Under the pieces are notes generated by a model. The model was given only the letters and a program-made list of their open reading frames with translations. It did not search any database and was not told the DNA's origin. DNA of 64,000 bases. It comes from Podarcis pityusensis (Eukaryota). Positions within the stretch are counted from its first letter, which is position 1; every line of letters begins with the position of its first letter. The stretch lies in the NCBI GenBank assembly GCA_964106645.2, contig OZ067038.1; one strand, written 5' to 3'. This document shows, piece by piece, positions 53,178 to 64,000 of the stretch. The position numbers and the translations under genes were made by a program.

Positions 53178-53838
53178 TTTGTTGTTTGTTGTTGTTTAGT
53201 CGTCTCCGACTCTTCATGACCCTATGGACCAGAGCACGCCAGGCACTCCTGTCTTCCACTGCCTCCCGCAGTTTGGTCAACTCATGCTGGTAGCTTCGAG
53301 AATACCGTCCAACCATCTCGTCCTCTGTCGTCCCCTTCTCCTTGTGCCCTCACTCTTTCCCAACATCAGAGGCTTTTCCAGGGAGTCTTTTCTTCTCATG
53401 AGGTGGCCAGAGTATTGGAGCCTCAGCTTCCGGATCTGTCCTTCCAGTGAGCACTCAAGGCTGATTTCCTTCAGAATGGATAGGTTTGATCTTCTTGCAG
53501 TCCATGGGACTCTCAAGAGTCTCCTCCAGCACCATAATTCTAAAGCATCAATTCTTCAGCGATCAGCCTTCTTTATAGTCCAGCTCTGACTTCCATCCAT
53601 CACTACTGGGAAAACCATAGCTTTAACTATATGGACCTTTGTTGGTAAGGTGATGTCTCTGCTTTTTAAGATGCTGTCTAGGTTTGTCATCACTTTTCTC
53701 CCAAGAAGCAGGCGTCTTTTAATGATCATCTGCAGTGATCATGGAGCCCAAGAAAGTAAAATCTCTCACTGCCTCCATCTTTCTTCCCCTTCTATTTGCC
53801 AGGAGGTGATGGGACCAGTGGCCATGATCTTAGTTTCT
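53178..53838 (-). mobile_element. BovB (RTE-clade) LINE 3' fragment
   Basis: Minus-strand translation RVPWTARRSNLSILKEIS.ECSLEGQIRKLRLQY.GHLMRRKDSLEK.LMLGK.EG.RRRGRQRTRWLDGI and LREAVEDRSAWRALVHRV, with a (CAA)n tail. Confidence 0.92.
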
Positions 53839-55129
53839 TAATGTGTGTGTGTGTGTGTTTAATTTTTATTTGATTTTACGATACAAATTATAAAAAAGAT
53901 TTAAATATATAATCATATACAGAGATTCTTCCAAATCTCAGGACTTCCCTCCACCCCTTCCCTGGAGTCCCATTTTAAACATTTAAAACTGCGTCTTCTG
54001 CCATACTCTTATTATATCAACCTATATTTTCCATGATAATTGTTACACTACAAGTGTAATCAAAATCCTGCCCTTAATGCTGCATATATACTTGGGAGTG
54101 GGACTTCTCAGAAAACATGCAGGGGGTTATGCTGCATGTGTGGCTGTTAATTCAGCAAGAGCAAAAGGGCTCTTTTATCCCTATAAATATATCTCTTAAC
54201 AGTCTGCAGTCACTTGAGAATCTGGTCAAGTGCTAAGGTGTGTACCTTACCATACGGTGCCTACATACGACTGCTTTTCCATGTGATTACAGGCACCATA
54301 TGGTCAGCCTTAAAGTAGCCACCATGTAGTTCCTGGTAGTCTGAATCCATTCAAGAGAAAGATCTCTGTTGTTAAGGCTCCTCCCGATGTCCTTTTTATT
54401 CCACGTTCATGATGATTTCTGCTCATGATGCTATCGAAGTGATCATGTGTAACTTTTCATACCACAAATGTGTTTGGGGCTGGGGCCGAGAAAGGCATTG
54501 CCCCACTTTTATTGCACTGTAGCTCCTCCAGACACCAATAATAAGGTAGCATTGGGAAGCATCACAGAACAACTGATAAGCAGAGTAAATAATTCCCCAC
54601 CAATTCACTATTATTGTGGCATGAACATATTGAACACATTACTGAATACAACTACAATAAAACACCAGTCTGGAGGAGGGACCTTTGGCAAAAGCATCAT
54701 CATTTGAAAAAAGATACTTTCCAATTTATATTACATATCATGCATGTAATATTATTGAATTAAACAAATAAGTCACAACCAGATAAATGCATAAAATCTT
54801 TTCTTGTATATCTAGCATCAAGACAGAAATCTAATCCAAGTTTCTTATCCCTGTTTAAAAATAGAATAATAACTGGCATTTGAACTTCATTTTTTTCCAG
54901 TTTAAGGAGGCAGGAGAGATTTAGCGTGGGGTGCCCAACTATAGCACACACAGCCATCAGCTTTAGTCATTTATTTGTTCAATCCTAATTGCACACAGAG
55001 GAGGTATTCATTTGCAAGCAAGATCAAAGATACATATGCAAGCAAGATGACAGATGATAAAATTTTGTCCCATCCCTGAGGCCATTCAAATCTGGATCAT
55101 ACTGTTCATCCTCCCATCAACTTCCCTGC

Positions 55130-55167
55130 TATAAAGTATGCACAACCCACAGTGCAAACATCACTTA
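55130..55167 (+). promoter_or_regulatory. TATA box and Inr-like element of the olfactomedin-like gene
   Basis: TATAAA at 55130-55135, TCACTT about 30 nt downstream (55161-55166), and ATG at 55179. Confidence 0.6.
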
Positions 55168-55178
55168 CTCCAGTGAGG

Positions 55179-58150
55179 ATGAAGGCAGTTCTGCAACAGC
55201 TGCTCTGTGTGGCTTCCTTTGTAAGTATCTACTTCAATAGCTTCTGGCTGACCTGGGGTGGCAAGACCTAGCTACATCGTAGAGGATGAGGAGAATCATC
55301 TTTTGACTTTCCACAAAGCTAACAGAATGAAACAACACACATAAAAATCCCTGTTGAAAAAACATCTGCCCAGACATGATATACAAGGCAATAGTGATAT
55401 TTACTGATAATGAAATACTAAAACAAATAATAACGGGGACTATATGTGTGCAGAACAAGGGAAAGAAGCTGAAGGAATACTGTATGTAGCAAGTAACCAA
55501 AGAACAAGTAGTTAAAATATTAAAAATATAAACTTACATTTCATCTAAATGATAGTGAAGTTGATACCTGGTGGATTTCCTTGAGGAGGGAATCATACAG
55601 ATAGGATGGTACAGCTGATCACATCTTCTCTCTGGCCAGCACCCATCTCATCTCAGGTGTTAAGGGCATACTGAGGAACGTCTCATCAGGTGACCTTTGC
55701 ATCTAGGCAGGAGCTGTTGTCTCTTTGGAGATTTGATATATGTGATTTGATAACTGAGGTGTTTATAATCTGAAAGATAAAAGCACAGAAGTAGCTGCAA
55801 CTCTTACTGAGCGATGTTAGAAACAACAAGCCGGCATTTCACAATTTTTTCAAAGGAGAATTGTGACTGAAGTCACAGAACTCAGCTGGCTAGCATTTAT
55901 TTATAAATTTATTAGCAGATAAAAGCATTCCTGATTTCTCTTGAAGCATGTGCGTTTATTGGTCCAATTCTTTTCTTCTTTTTAAACATCGCAGCCAGGC
56001 TCGCTCCTGAAAGAAGCTGGCAGGGAGCTCCGAGCTTGCCCGAGGGCTTTCCACCTAGTGCCTCTCACCCCCTCCTTCATCCGAACTCAGGGGTGAATTA
56101 TGGCAACAGCAGGTGAGGCAGCGTCTTTTCATTCCCTGAAAAGATGAAGGGAGGCTGATGTACTCCCCATATCAGCCTCTAATTACCTCTTGCAAGCTGG
56201 ACACGATGTTATTAGCAGCCATCTTTCAAGGCGCCCCTAGTGGCCCCCCCACCAAGGTAACTCTCAAGTATAATATAGTTGTCTAAAACAGCAAATTGGA
56301 TTATATTTGTGTTTAACTCTTGCAGTCCTATTCTGTGATGTTTACTCAAGAGATGGGGAGAAATTAGATTCAGTTTGCATTTAAAGGTGCAACTATCAAA
56401 TTCACATTCACCATAACACGGCCATCTTTCAAAATTTACACTTGTCCAAATTTTGTGATGTGGTTCTCCAACTAATGTTTTTAAAAATGTGCATATTAGG
56501 AGAAAGTGTGCATACAATGTATTACTGAAAATAACATGCAAAAATATTGGGGGAAATGCTTGAAAAATGTGTACATTAGTCAAAACTTCATACAAATATC
56601 TGTTTGTTAGGAACAATGCTTAAAAATGAGGATTTTTTAAAATTGAAAATTAATGAAGCTGTCAACATTAGGTCCATTATTTTCCATAGGTCTACTCTGA
56701 ATAAATCTTAGTTGAATACCACCCAAAGTCCTACTGCTCACAATGACCAGGACAGAAGGTAGGAGATGGTTTTTCATTCTTTTTTGCTGCACCATCTCCA
56801 GACTGATGCAGCTGAGGGACACAAGGATCACAGGATCTGTCAAGCACTGGATCAGGGGATCTGTAGATCCAAAAGATCTGAACCAACAATGCCCTCTCTT
56901 GAATATTGTACTTTGGTACTTGCTTCTGGCTGCCACCAGCAGGAGAACCACCAGTGTCCTATGGGAGAGCCATCCCATCTGCTAGGCCAAAACCTGAGTC
57001 GACCACTGTAGTAGAGGCACCAACACCACCACCAACAGTCTCCTCTTCTACCAGAGAGTCCACAATGTACCTTCGTAATCCTCCCCAGCCATCAACATTG
57101 GGTGTGTGTTAGGACTACACTGTTACTAAAAACAATAAAAACAGTATTGTTCAAGCATTCTATTTTCTGTCACAGTGAGGTATGGCATATTCTTTCTGCA
57201 ACCCGTATTTCTCCACACCCTTCATTTATTCTACTGATTACTCCCACTGCTGACACTTGTTCCACTGCCAGGGCTGACCCTCCTATAAGGCTGGGGGAGG
57301 GAGGTAGCTGCCTTGGGTGATGGAAGCCCAGGAGTTGATGCTCCTGTGGAGACCCCACCCACCCAACCACTCCACTGCTGGTGGAGAAACAGTAGTGGTG
57401 CTGGCTTCCAGAAAGATCTCATAAGATCTTGCCAGAACCCACTGGTGCTGCTGCTTTGTGGGCAACATGTTTCCATTTTGCCTCAGGTGGAGAAACAGGG
57501 TGTACCACCCCTGCCCACTGCTTTTGGGATTATGAATGGAGCCTGTCATATAAATTTTACGTGGCTCCTTTTGTCCTAGGATTGCAAACATTCATAGCTT
57601 AAAAAAAATAACAATTGGAGACTGAGATCCATGGAATGTCACATGTGAGGACAAACCTCTGGTCTCTGTCACCAAAATTATACAAATTAGTATTAGGGAA
57701 AAGATACTTCTTAAATTTAGGACTGAGGTGCGCTCATCCTTGAGGGAAGATGCTCAGAGGAAAGGTTAAATTCTCCATTATTGTCCTTAAATCAAATAGA
57801 ATGTGACTCTAGACATTTGAGTAAAGACAACTCAAGGTGCAACTGCTGATCAGATTTGTTCCAGTACTGTATCCATTAACGGCATTTGTATTTGGATGCC
57901 AGAGAGGAGACTGCAAGAATGATTGACAGTACTTCCCCAGTCATCCTTCACCCTTCCTACTTCCTATCTACCTTACCAGGTCATAATCAATGGTGGCCAT
58001 ATGTGGCAAGTAATAGGCATGAGGGATGCAAGAGGTCAGTGTCTTTGCAGCGTAGAGCTCAATGATATTATCTTCCCTGTGCAAAAAGTGGAAGCATTGG
58101 AGTCCAACTTCTACAACGTGACTGGATTGCTACAGAATCACTTGAACCAG
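55179..58150 (+). CDS. Olfactomedin/OLFM4-like secreted protein, first two coding exons (rest presumably beyond the window)
   Basis: Exon 1 is 55179-55220 (MKAVLQQLLCVASF, donor GTAAGT). Exon 2 is 57980-58150 (long pyrimidine tract + CAG acceptor, donor CAG|GTAAGC, phase 0-0) and encodes VIINGGHMWQVIGMRDARGQCLCSVELNDIIFPVQKVEALESNFYNVTGLLQNHLNQ. This parallels the recalled OLFM4 segment [29 protein letters not shown] and frog olfactomedin CVCEVLLPDSSFPAKRVGALE. Confidence 0.78.
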
Positions 58151-58754
58151 GTAAGCAGCAGCTATATCACCATGGAGTAGTAGTTAAATGATGCAATGTT
58201 TGCAGTATTCAAATGCCTATAATTCCACAGTCATGGAGGATGATATATAAAGTGAAAGCCACCACAGAAGTCTACTTGGTTGGATTATGACAGGTCCTCA
58301 AGGACTACTGTAGTGCGTACGTATATTTATTCAGTTATACAAATATCTATATTCTGCTAATTCATTAAGAAATATCAAAGAGGTTTGCAACAATACATAA
58401 AACCATACAATCAAAACTAAGTAAAAAACTTATAATCAGATTACTATAGTGGAAAGATGTATCCTTAATTGCCTGCATAAGCCTGATGGAATAGAAAAGT
58501 TTTCAGCAGGCATTTAAAAGCTGAAACAGAAGATGCCTGTATCAGCTATCTCCAAAATACAATGAAAAACACCTATTTATCTCCCCCATTAATCACAACG
58601 ACAACTTTGGCCAGCAGGAAATAATCAAGCAGGCATGATAGCTGCTCCCACAGAAGTCTACTTGTGACCATTGCAGCAGTCATGTTGGCAACAACGATGA
58701 GCATATTGGCGAAGTGGTGTGCACCCTGTCCCAGAAACATTTTAAATTATAAAA

Positions 58755-59220
58755 AGAGGAGCTATGCTGGATCAGGCCAAAGGCCCTTCTAGTCCAGCAT
58801 CCTGTTCTCATTGTGGCCAGCCAGATGCCTGCAGAAAGCGCGCAAGCACAACACAAGTGCGACAGCACTTTTCCCACGTGATTCCCAGCAACTGCTTCCA
58901 ACAGTGATGAGAGAATGTAAACATTGTGGCCAGCAGTCACTGGTAGCTTTGTCCTTCATGAATTTGTCTCATCCTTTTTAGAAGCCATCCAAGTTGGTGA
59001 CCATCACTATCTCTTGTGTTAGCAAATTCCACCGTTTAACTTTGTGCTGTGTGAAGAAATGCCTCCTACTATTTGTCCTTGATCTTCCAACTTTCATCTT
59101 TGTTGGGTGACCCCGAGTTCTAGAATGATGAGAGAGGGAGAAAAAGGTCCCACCCTACTTCCTTTTTTTCTAAACTAAAAAGCCCCCAAACCTTTCCCCA
59201 CAGTGGAGTTTCTTCAGTTC
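58755..59220 (-). mobile_element. Degenerate CR1 LINE 3' region
   Basis: Reverse complement of the tail type seen at about 16560-16940 (GCTGGATCAGGCCAAAGGCCC.TCTAGTCCAGCATCCTGTTCTCA). Confidence 0.8.
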
Positions 59221-62102
59221 TCACTATACCTTTTCCATTCCTCAGCTGCCTCATAGGAGAGACATAAAGGATGCAGAGTCCACAAATATTCCACAGTACC
59301 TTCGCACAATGTATTTCATTTTTGGTACCAGGTCTTGTCTTGTCTTCATCATGAAGTATTGTAATTTAGAACAGATGAACATGAAAACACCCATATATGT
59401 ACAACATGCAACAACTTTACTTAATCTTCTCTAACTGAGCAAGCTCACTGAGGAACTTGCTCTATAGATTCCGTTCATCATAAAGATGCAGTAACATATA
59501 TCATCAGGGGTGCATGCAAAGGGGGCTGCAGAATAGGAGAGAGGAGGTGGCATGGAAATGGAGTGGTCCGTGTACAAGGGAGAGTTGAAAAAAGGAGGAA
59601 GGAGGTGGTAGGGGAAAGGAAGTGACGGTGATAATGGTATGTGTGCAAAGGGGGCCTGCAGAACAGCAGGGAGGAGGAAATACAGAAATGAGGGTGGACT
59701 GTGTGCAAGAGGAAGTTGCGAAGGAGGAGGGAGGAAAAGGGGGCTTGCAGTAAAAATGGGCAGTGCAAAGTCTCATTTGAAAAATATATATATATTTCAC
59801 AAATAAAATGCTTTTATCTGGTATTTTGCTTAATGTTTTCCATATTTGCAACTTAGTCTACTTCTGTTACATATTTCTTATAGCACCACATTGCTTAAAG
59901 TCATCGTTATTCAAACGGAGCACTTCCTAAAAAAACCAAAGAGCTGTCATGGTGGCAGCTGTCCCAATGTTGCAGTCCATATGTTGTTGGACTACAACTT
60001 CCATCATCCATGATCATTAGCTAAGCCACCTGGGGATGGTGGGTTTTGTAGTCCAAGAATATCTGGGGACCCAAAGTTAAAGAACACTGACCTAGTGGGA
60101 GTGCAGATGGACTACTACTGAGGTATACAACCTTTGACTCCCTCTGTTTTGCTGCCTGCCTCATTTTCCTTTCAGTGCATTGGGTGCTCTATGAGGGAGA
60201 GGATTTATTGTAATCATTGATTCCTATGATGGTGCTTCTCGCTTTCCCCTTCATGAATAAGGGGAACTAAAGTGTGTGTGTGTGTGTGTGTGTGGCCAAG
60301 AGATGCAAGCATTCCTCAGGAGGAATCATAACTGTCCAAATATCTAATCTTTAAAAACATCACCTTTCTTTCCTTGTCCAATCTTACCCACCCAGTCCTC
60401 TGCATTAGGAGGAAATGTTTGACCACCTCTTGAAATCTCATCATCAAACCTGACACAAGGATTCCTGAGGTGGGGGTGGTATCCATTACCATTTGGGGGC
60501 TGGGCACCATTTTGAATCAAGAATGTGGATCAAAACATCACTATGGCATGACTTGGCCTGGTTTTTTGTATAGGCTGCCTCTTGAACTATCATTGTCAAA
60601 CTTGGCGTGTGGGTTCCTGAAGAGGCGGTAGTGGACTTTGTCACCTTAGACACTAGACGCCATTTTTAATCAAAATAGTGGACTGATACCTCACTTTGGT
60701 GTGACATAGGTTTGACTGCCTCTTTGAGACATCATCCCTAAACACTACACAAGTATTTCCAAGGTGGGAAGAGTGAGTGTGTACATTGATGTTTGGGTGC
60801 TGGGCACCATTTTGAATGAAAATTGTGAACCAAGACATTATTTTGGTGTTACTTTGCTCATTTTTGGCACAGGTTCAGTCATCTGTTGAGATCATAACGA
60901 AACGTTGCACAAGGGTTCCCAAGATGGGGGCAGCAATCTTTGGCAATGTTTGGATGCTGGGTGCCAGGCCTGTGCAGAGCTTGTCTGAGACCCATGGCAG
61001 ACATCACCAGATGACTGCGAGGAATGAGGTATTATTGGCATGACAGTCCAGCAAACCCCTGCCCCCCCCACCGGCTTAGCCCTCTGAGGCCCGGGGCAGG
61101 TATGCTTGGCTCCCCCCACTCTACAAAGGCTTCCTGGTCACCATCTTGAATCGTGATGGCACACCAAAACATGACTTTGGCATGACTTCACCCAATTTTT
61201 GGTGTGACATGTCTAAACTCACAAATTACACTATCTGTTTAAAAACAACAACAACAGGTTCCTAAAAATTCCCAGGCAGTGCCAGGCACCCCCTGCTAAT
61301 AAAAGTGGGGGAACCATCTTAGTGATATTTTATATTAAATCCTGATGGGGTTGTGTGCCTTGTGTCTTACAACACATATCTTCCATCTAATAGATAAGAG
61401 CACAGGTTAGACATAATGGTCACAAGTTATCTCTGCTTTGTTGCCTTTGCAGTAAGTTTCACTCACTGTAGGAAGCAGCATTGCCAGATCTCCAAGTCAA
61501 GTCACAATAAAGAGCTTCTCAGTCCTTTGAAGTTAGCTAACAGTTCAATAACTGTAAGCGACCCTAGGCCAGTGCATACTGTCTATGCTTCCATAGATAG
61601 CCAGGTTTCCCCTGCAATGAGCACCTATTGGCGCCGGGAACAGAAGAAACAGTGAGCTTCTTCTAAAAATATCCCATGCACACATAATGTGTAGGGAGTT
61701 CTCGCCATTCAAAACAGTGATTAGTAATGGACAACCGGTGTTCTGTTTAATAAATATAATGAAACCAGTAAGGAAGTATCAACAGAGTTTCTATGGAATC
61801 TACAGTGCAATCCTATACTCAGAAGGGAAGTGAGCCTTGCTGAGTTCAATGGACCTTATTCCCAGCTCAGGTAAATGTGAATGGTATGACATCATTAGAA
61901 TCCCAATATCTTTAAAGCTGACCAATCAGCTCTTTCCCCCATTAAATCTGGGCACCAAATTAACAAATGCATTCTATTCAGCTCAATATCCATTCTGTGT
62001 TTTTAATCATAACCTTGGCTGGCAGGGATGAGGGACTAACCTTCAGAAATAAGTTATGGACCTAGGTTTGCTTGGCATTCATGGATTTGCCATTATAATA
62101 TG

Positions 62103-62277
62103 CAGTGCTTTTTTCTGGGGGAACGCAGGGGTACGCATACCCCTAAACATTTTGTGAATCTTTGTACTTTTGTCATTTACTGTTTTTATTTTTCCCAGTT
62201 TGAGATATAAAATGGTGATTTTCTTGAGTCAAAATGAGAGTACCCCTAAATGTTTTTTTAGGGGAGGGGAAGCACTG
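62103..62277. mobile_element. hAT-type MITE
   Basis: Termini CAGTGCTT / AAGCACTG with 8-bp TSD ATAATATG at 62095-62102 and 62278-62285. Confidence 0.85.
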
Positions 62278-63856
62278 ATAATATGTTTGCATGGTGTATA
62301 ATAATTGCCTGAAATAGTGGGTTTTCATTATGACACATGTGGAGTACGGAGCCGATGTGATGTGTGAGGTGGATTCCATTTGATGCCTTTCCACTCAGAG
62401 AAGGCATCTGATAATGGAAGAGGAGTGGAGTTCATTTTCATCAATTCACTGTGTTCTAGAGGGTTCTTCAACCCCCTGGAACTGATTCTTTGGGAGTACA
62501 GGGGGAATTAGCAAAAACTGTCATTTCCTCCTTCTCTATTGGGCACCATGGGTATCTCTCCCAGACCCAAAGCCCTTCCACGAGCACAGGTGCGCCAACT
62601 GGATCCCACCATGTGTATTTTTTGTTTTCTGGCCCACGTTTTTGTCCTTCAAGGCCTAGCAAGGAGGACTGGATCAGGGTAAAATCTGAGGCATTAAAAT
62701 ATTCCAATGTTCTTTGTTCATTATTTCAAAATGTGGTCTTAACAGAGGCAGAAGAGGCACAAAGCACATGAAGACTTTTTGTAGCCCACTCACACATATT
62801 CTTATTTTATCTGATTGGGCCTAAACACCTCCTCAGAGGGGCACATCATTGTGCAAACAAAACTCAATTTGAAATGTTCATAACATCCAGTCCAATCCCA
62901 GCAAATTCCACTCTGGCTCATTCTACTACTTCCCCCAATGCCATCCCTTTTATAAAGAGGGTTCAACAAAAACGTCCCAGACCAACTTAGCAAACCCTCT
63001 GAAACAATTAGGATGTTTTGGCTGCTCCTGTACCTCGCTGTGGCTTCCTTGGTGAGTATTTTGCCCAGTGAGGGAATGTGAACGAACTGGTGGAAGTGAG
63101 ATAACCTAGGGTTGCCATTTTTCAAAAAGTAAAAATCAGGACACCCCGAAAATTGTTTGTTTGTTTTTTACAGAAATGCTCCAAACACATGATTTTTCGA
63201 TTGACTTGCCTAAGATCCAGGACAAAGTGCTGCCTTTCAGAAATTCCCTCGGAGGTCAATTCTGCCTTTGAAATCCCTAGATAATCCCAACCCACCCTTC
63301 AAAATGTAGTACTTCCAGAAAGTGGCTTAATATTGTAAATGGGTTGTCCAGATATCACAAATGTAGTGGTGTTTTTTTTTAATTTACCAGATTTTCCGTA
63401 GCAAGGATAAATCCAGATTAACTAGGAGGGAAATACAGGCTAACAATCTGATGCTGATGTACTGGGGATGCTATTCCATTCATGAATGAGGAACACTTAC
63501 CTGTGATTCCTGCATAGCAGGGGTGGAATAAATGACCTTTGAAATCCCTTTCAAGTCTACAGTTCTACGACCCCACAATAAACACCCACCTGGAAGCACC
63601 CCAAAAGCCCAAGACGTACGAGAAAACAAATGATTATTTCCCTTTGGCTTTGACACATCAAACAGGGTTTTAAATGCAATAATTCCTACTTGGAAATAAT
63701 TTATACAGTGGTATAAAGAGCAGGAAACAATGCAAAGACTTGTGGGAGCAAAGAAGGCATGACATGGGTCTGGAGATTCTTGCATTTCATTCAATATTGT
63801 GAAACAATGTTTATATTCAGGAATCACATGAGACCATAGCTGTCAACTTACAGATT

Positions 63857-63917
63857 TGAAAATAAGGGACCAGCAGCCTTGAAAATAAGGGACCAGCAGC
63901 CAAAATAAGGGACCTGC
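63857..63917 (+). repeat. Short tandem repeat (AAAATAAGGGACCAGCAGC, about 2.7 copies), probably subterminal repeats of a DNA transposon running off the window end
   Basis: The units are directly visible; the transposon context is inferred. Confidence 0.6.
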
Positions 63918-64000
63918 AATCTCACCAGGCACTCTTCCTGTCCTGCAGTCTGTCCTGTCTTCCTGTCTTCCTGTCCTCCTGCGGTCTGGTCAAACTCATG

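Noticed and set aside
55169-55769. Two minus-strand exon-like segments (55538-55769 and 55169-55318) suggesting a spliced lncRNA
   Set aside because: Each has stops in all frames, and the second overlaps the better-supported plus-strand olfactomedin-like exon 1. An antisense transcript cannot be supported without RNA data.
56226-56246. CTCF site (CCACTAGGGGCGCC on - strand); similar partial matches at 9041-9058 and 43334-43351
   Set aside because: The matches to consensus are imperfect and cannot be supported without PWM scoring, conservation or ChIP data.
63480-63827. Minus-strand ORF with VDLKGISKVIYST, resembling the olfactomedin-domain motif VDExGLWVIYST
   Set aside because: It is on the wrong strand for the candidate gene, the flanking residues do not fit, and the similarity is too short to exceed chance.

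Overview
Vertebrate genomic DNA from a squamate reptile, probably a lacertid lizard (inferred from Sauria SINEs, a BovB fragment and squamate-type CR1/MITE families). The six-frame ORF track is mostly noise here because the genes are spliced, so I rebuilt them by hand from GT-AG sites and exon phases. The window holds RETREG2/FAM134A exons 2-9 (+, 4717-18115; exon 1 lies upstream), a complete and intact STK36/Fused (-, 26 coding exons, 41183-22874, 1324 aa) and a complete RNF25 (+, 10 exons, 42388-49641, 514 aa). STK36 and RNF25 share a CpG-island bidirectional promoter containing an RFX X-box. The main find is a fourth gene the ORF track does not reveal: a TATA box, a signal-peptide exon (55179-55220) and a CxC/coiled-coil exon (57980-58150) of a secreted olfactomedin/OLFM4-like protein, sitting where human has BCS1L. 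Other notable items are a 440-bp solo LTR with a 6-bp TSD in RETREG2 intron 4, a young L1 with an 18-bp TSD nested in a CR1 inside STK36 intron 4, a 105-nt tRNA-Ile-derived fold-back hairpin, and a MITE carrying an internal palindromic minisatellite. Protein identifications come from comparison with remembered human and frog sequences; no database search was run. There is no CRISPR array or prokaryotic system.
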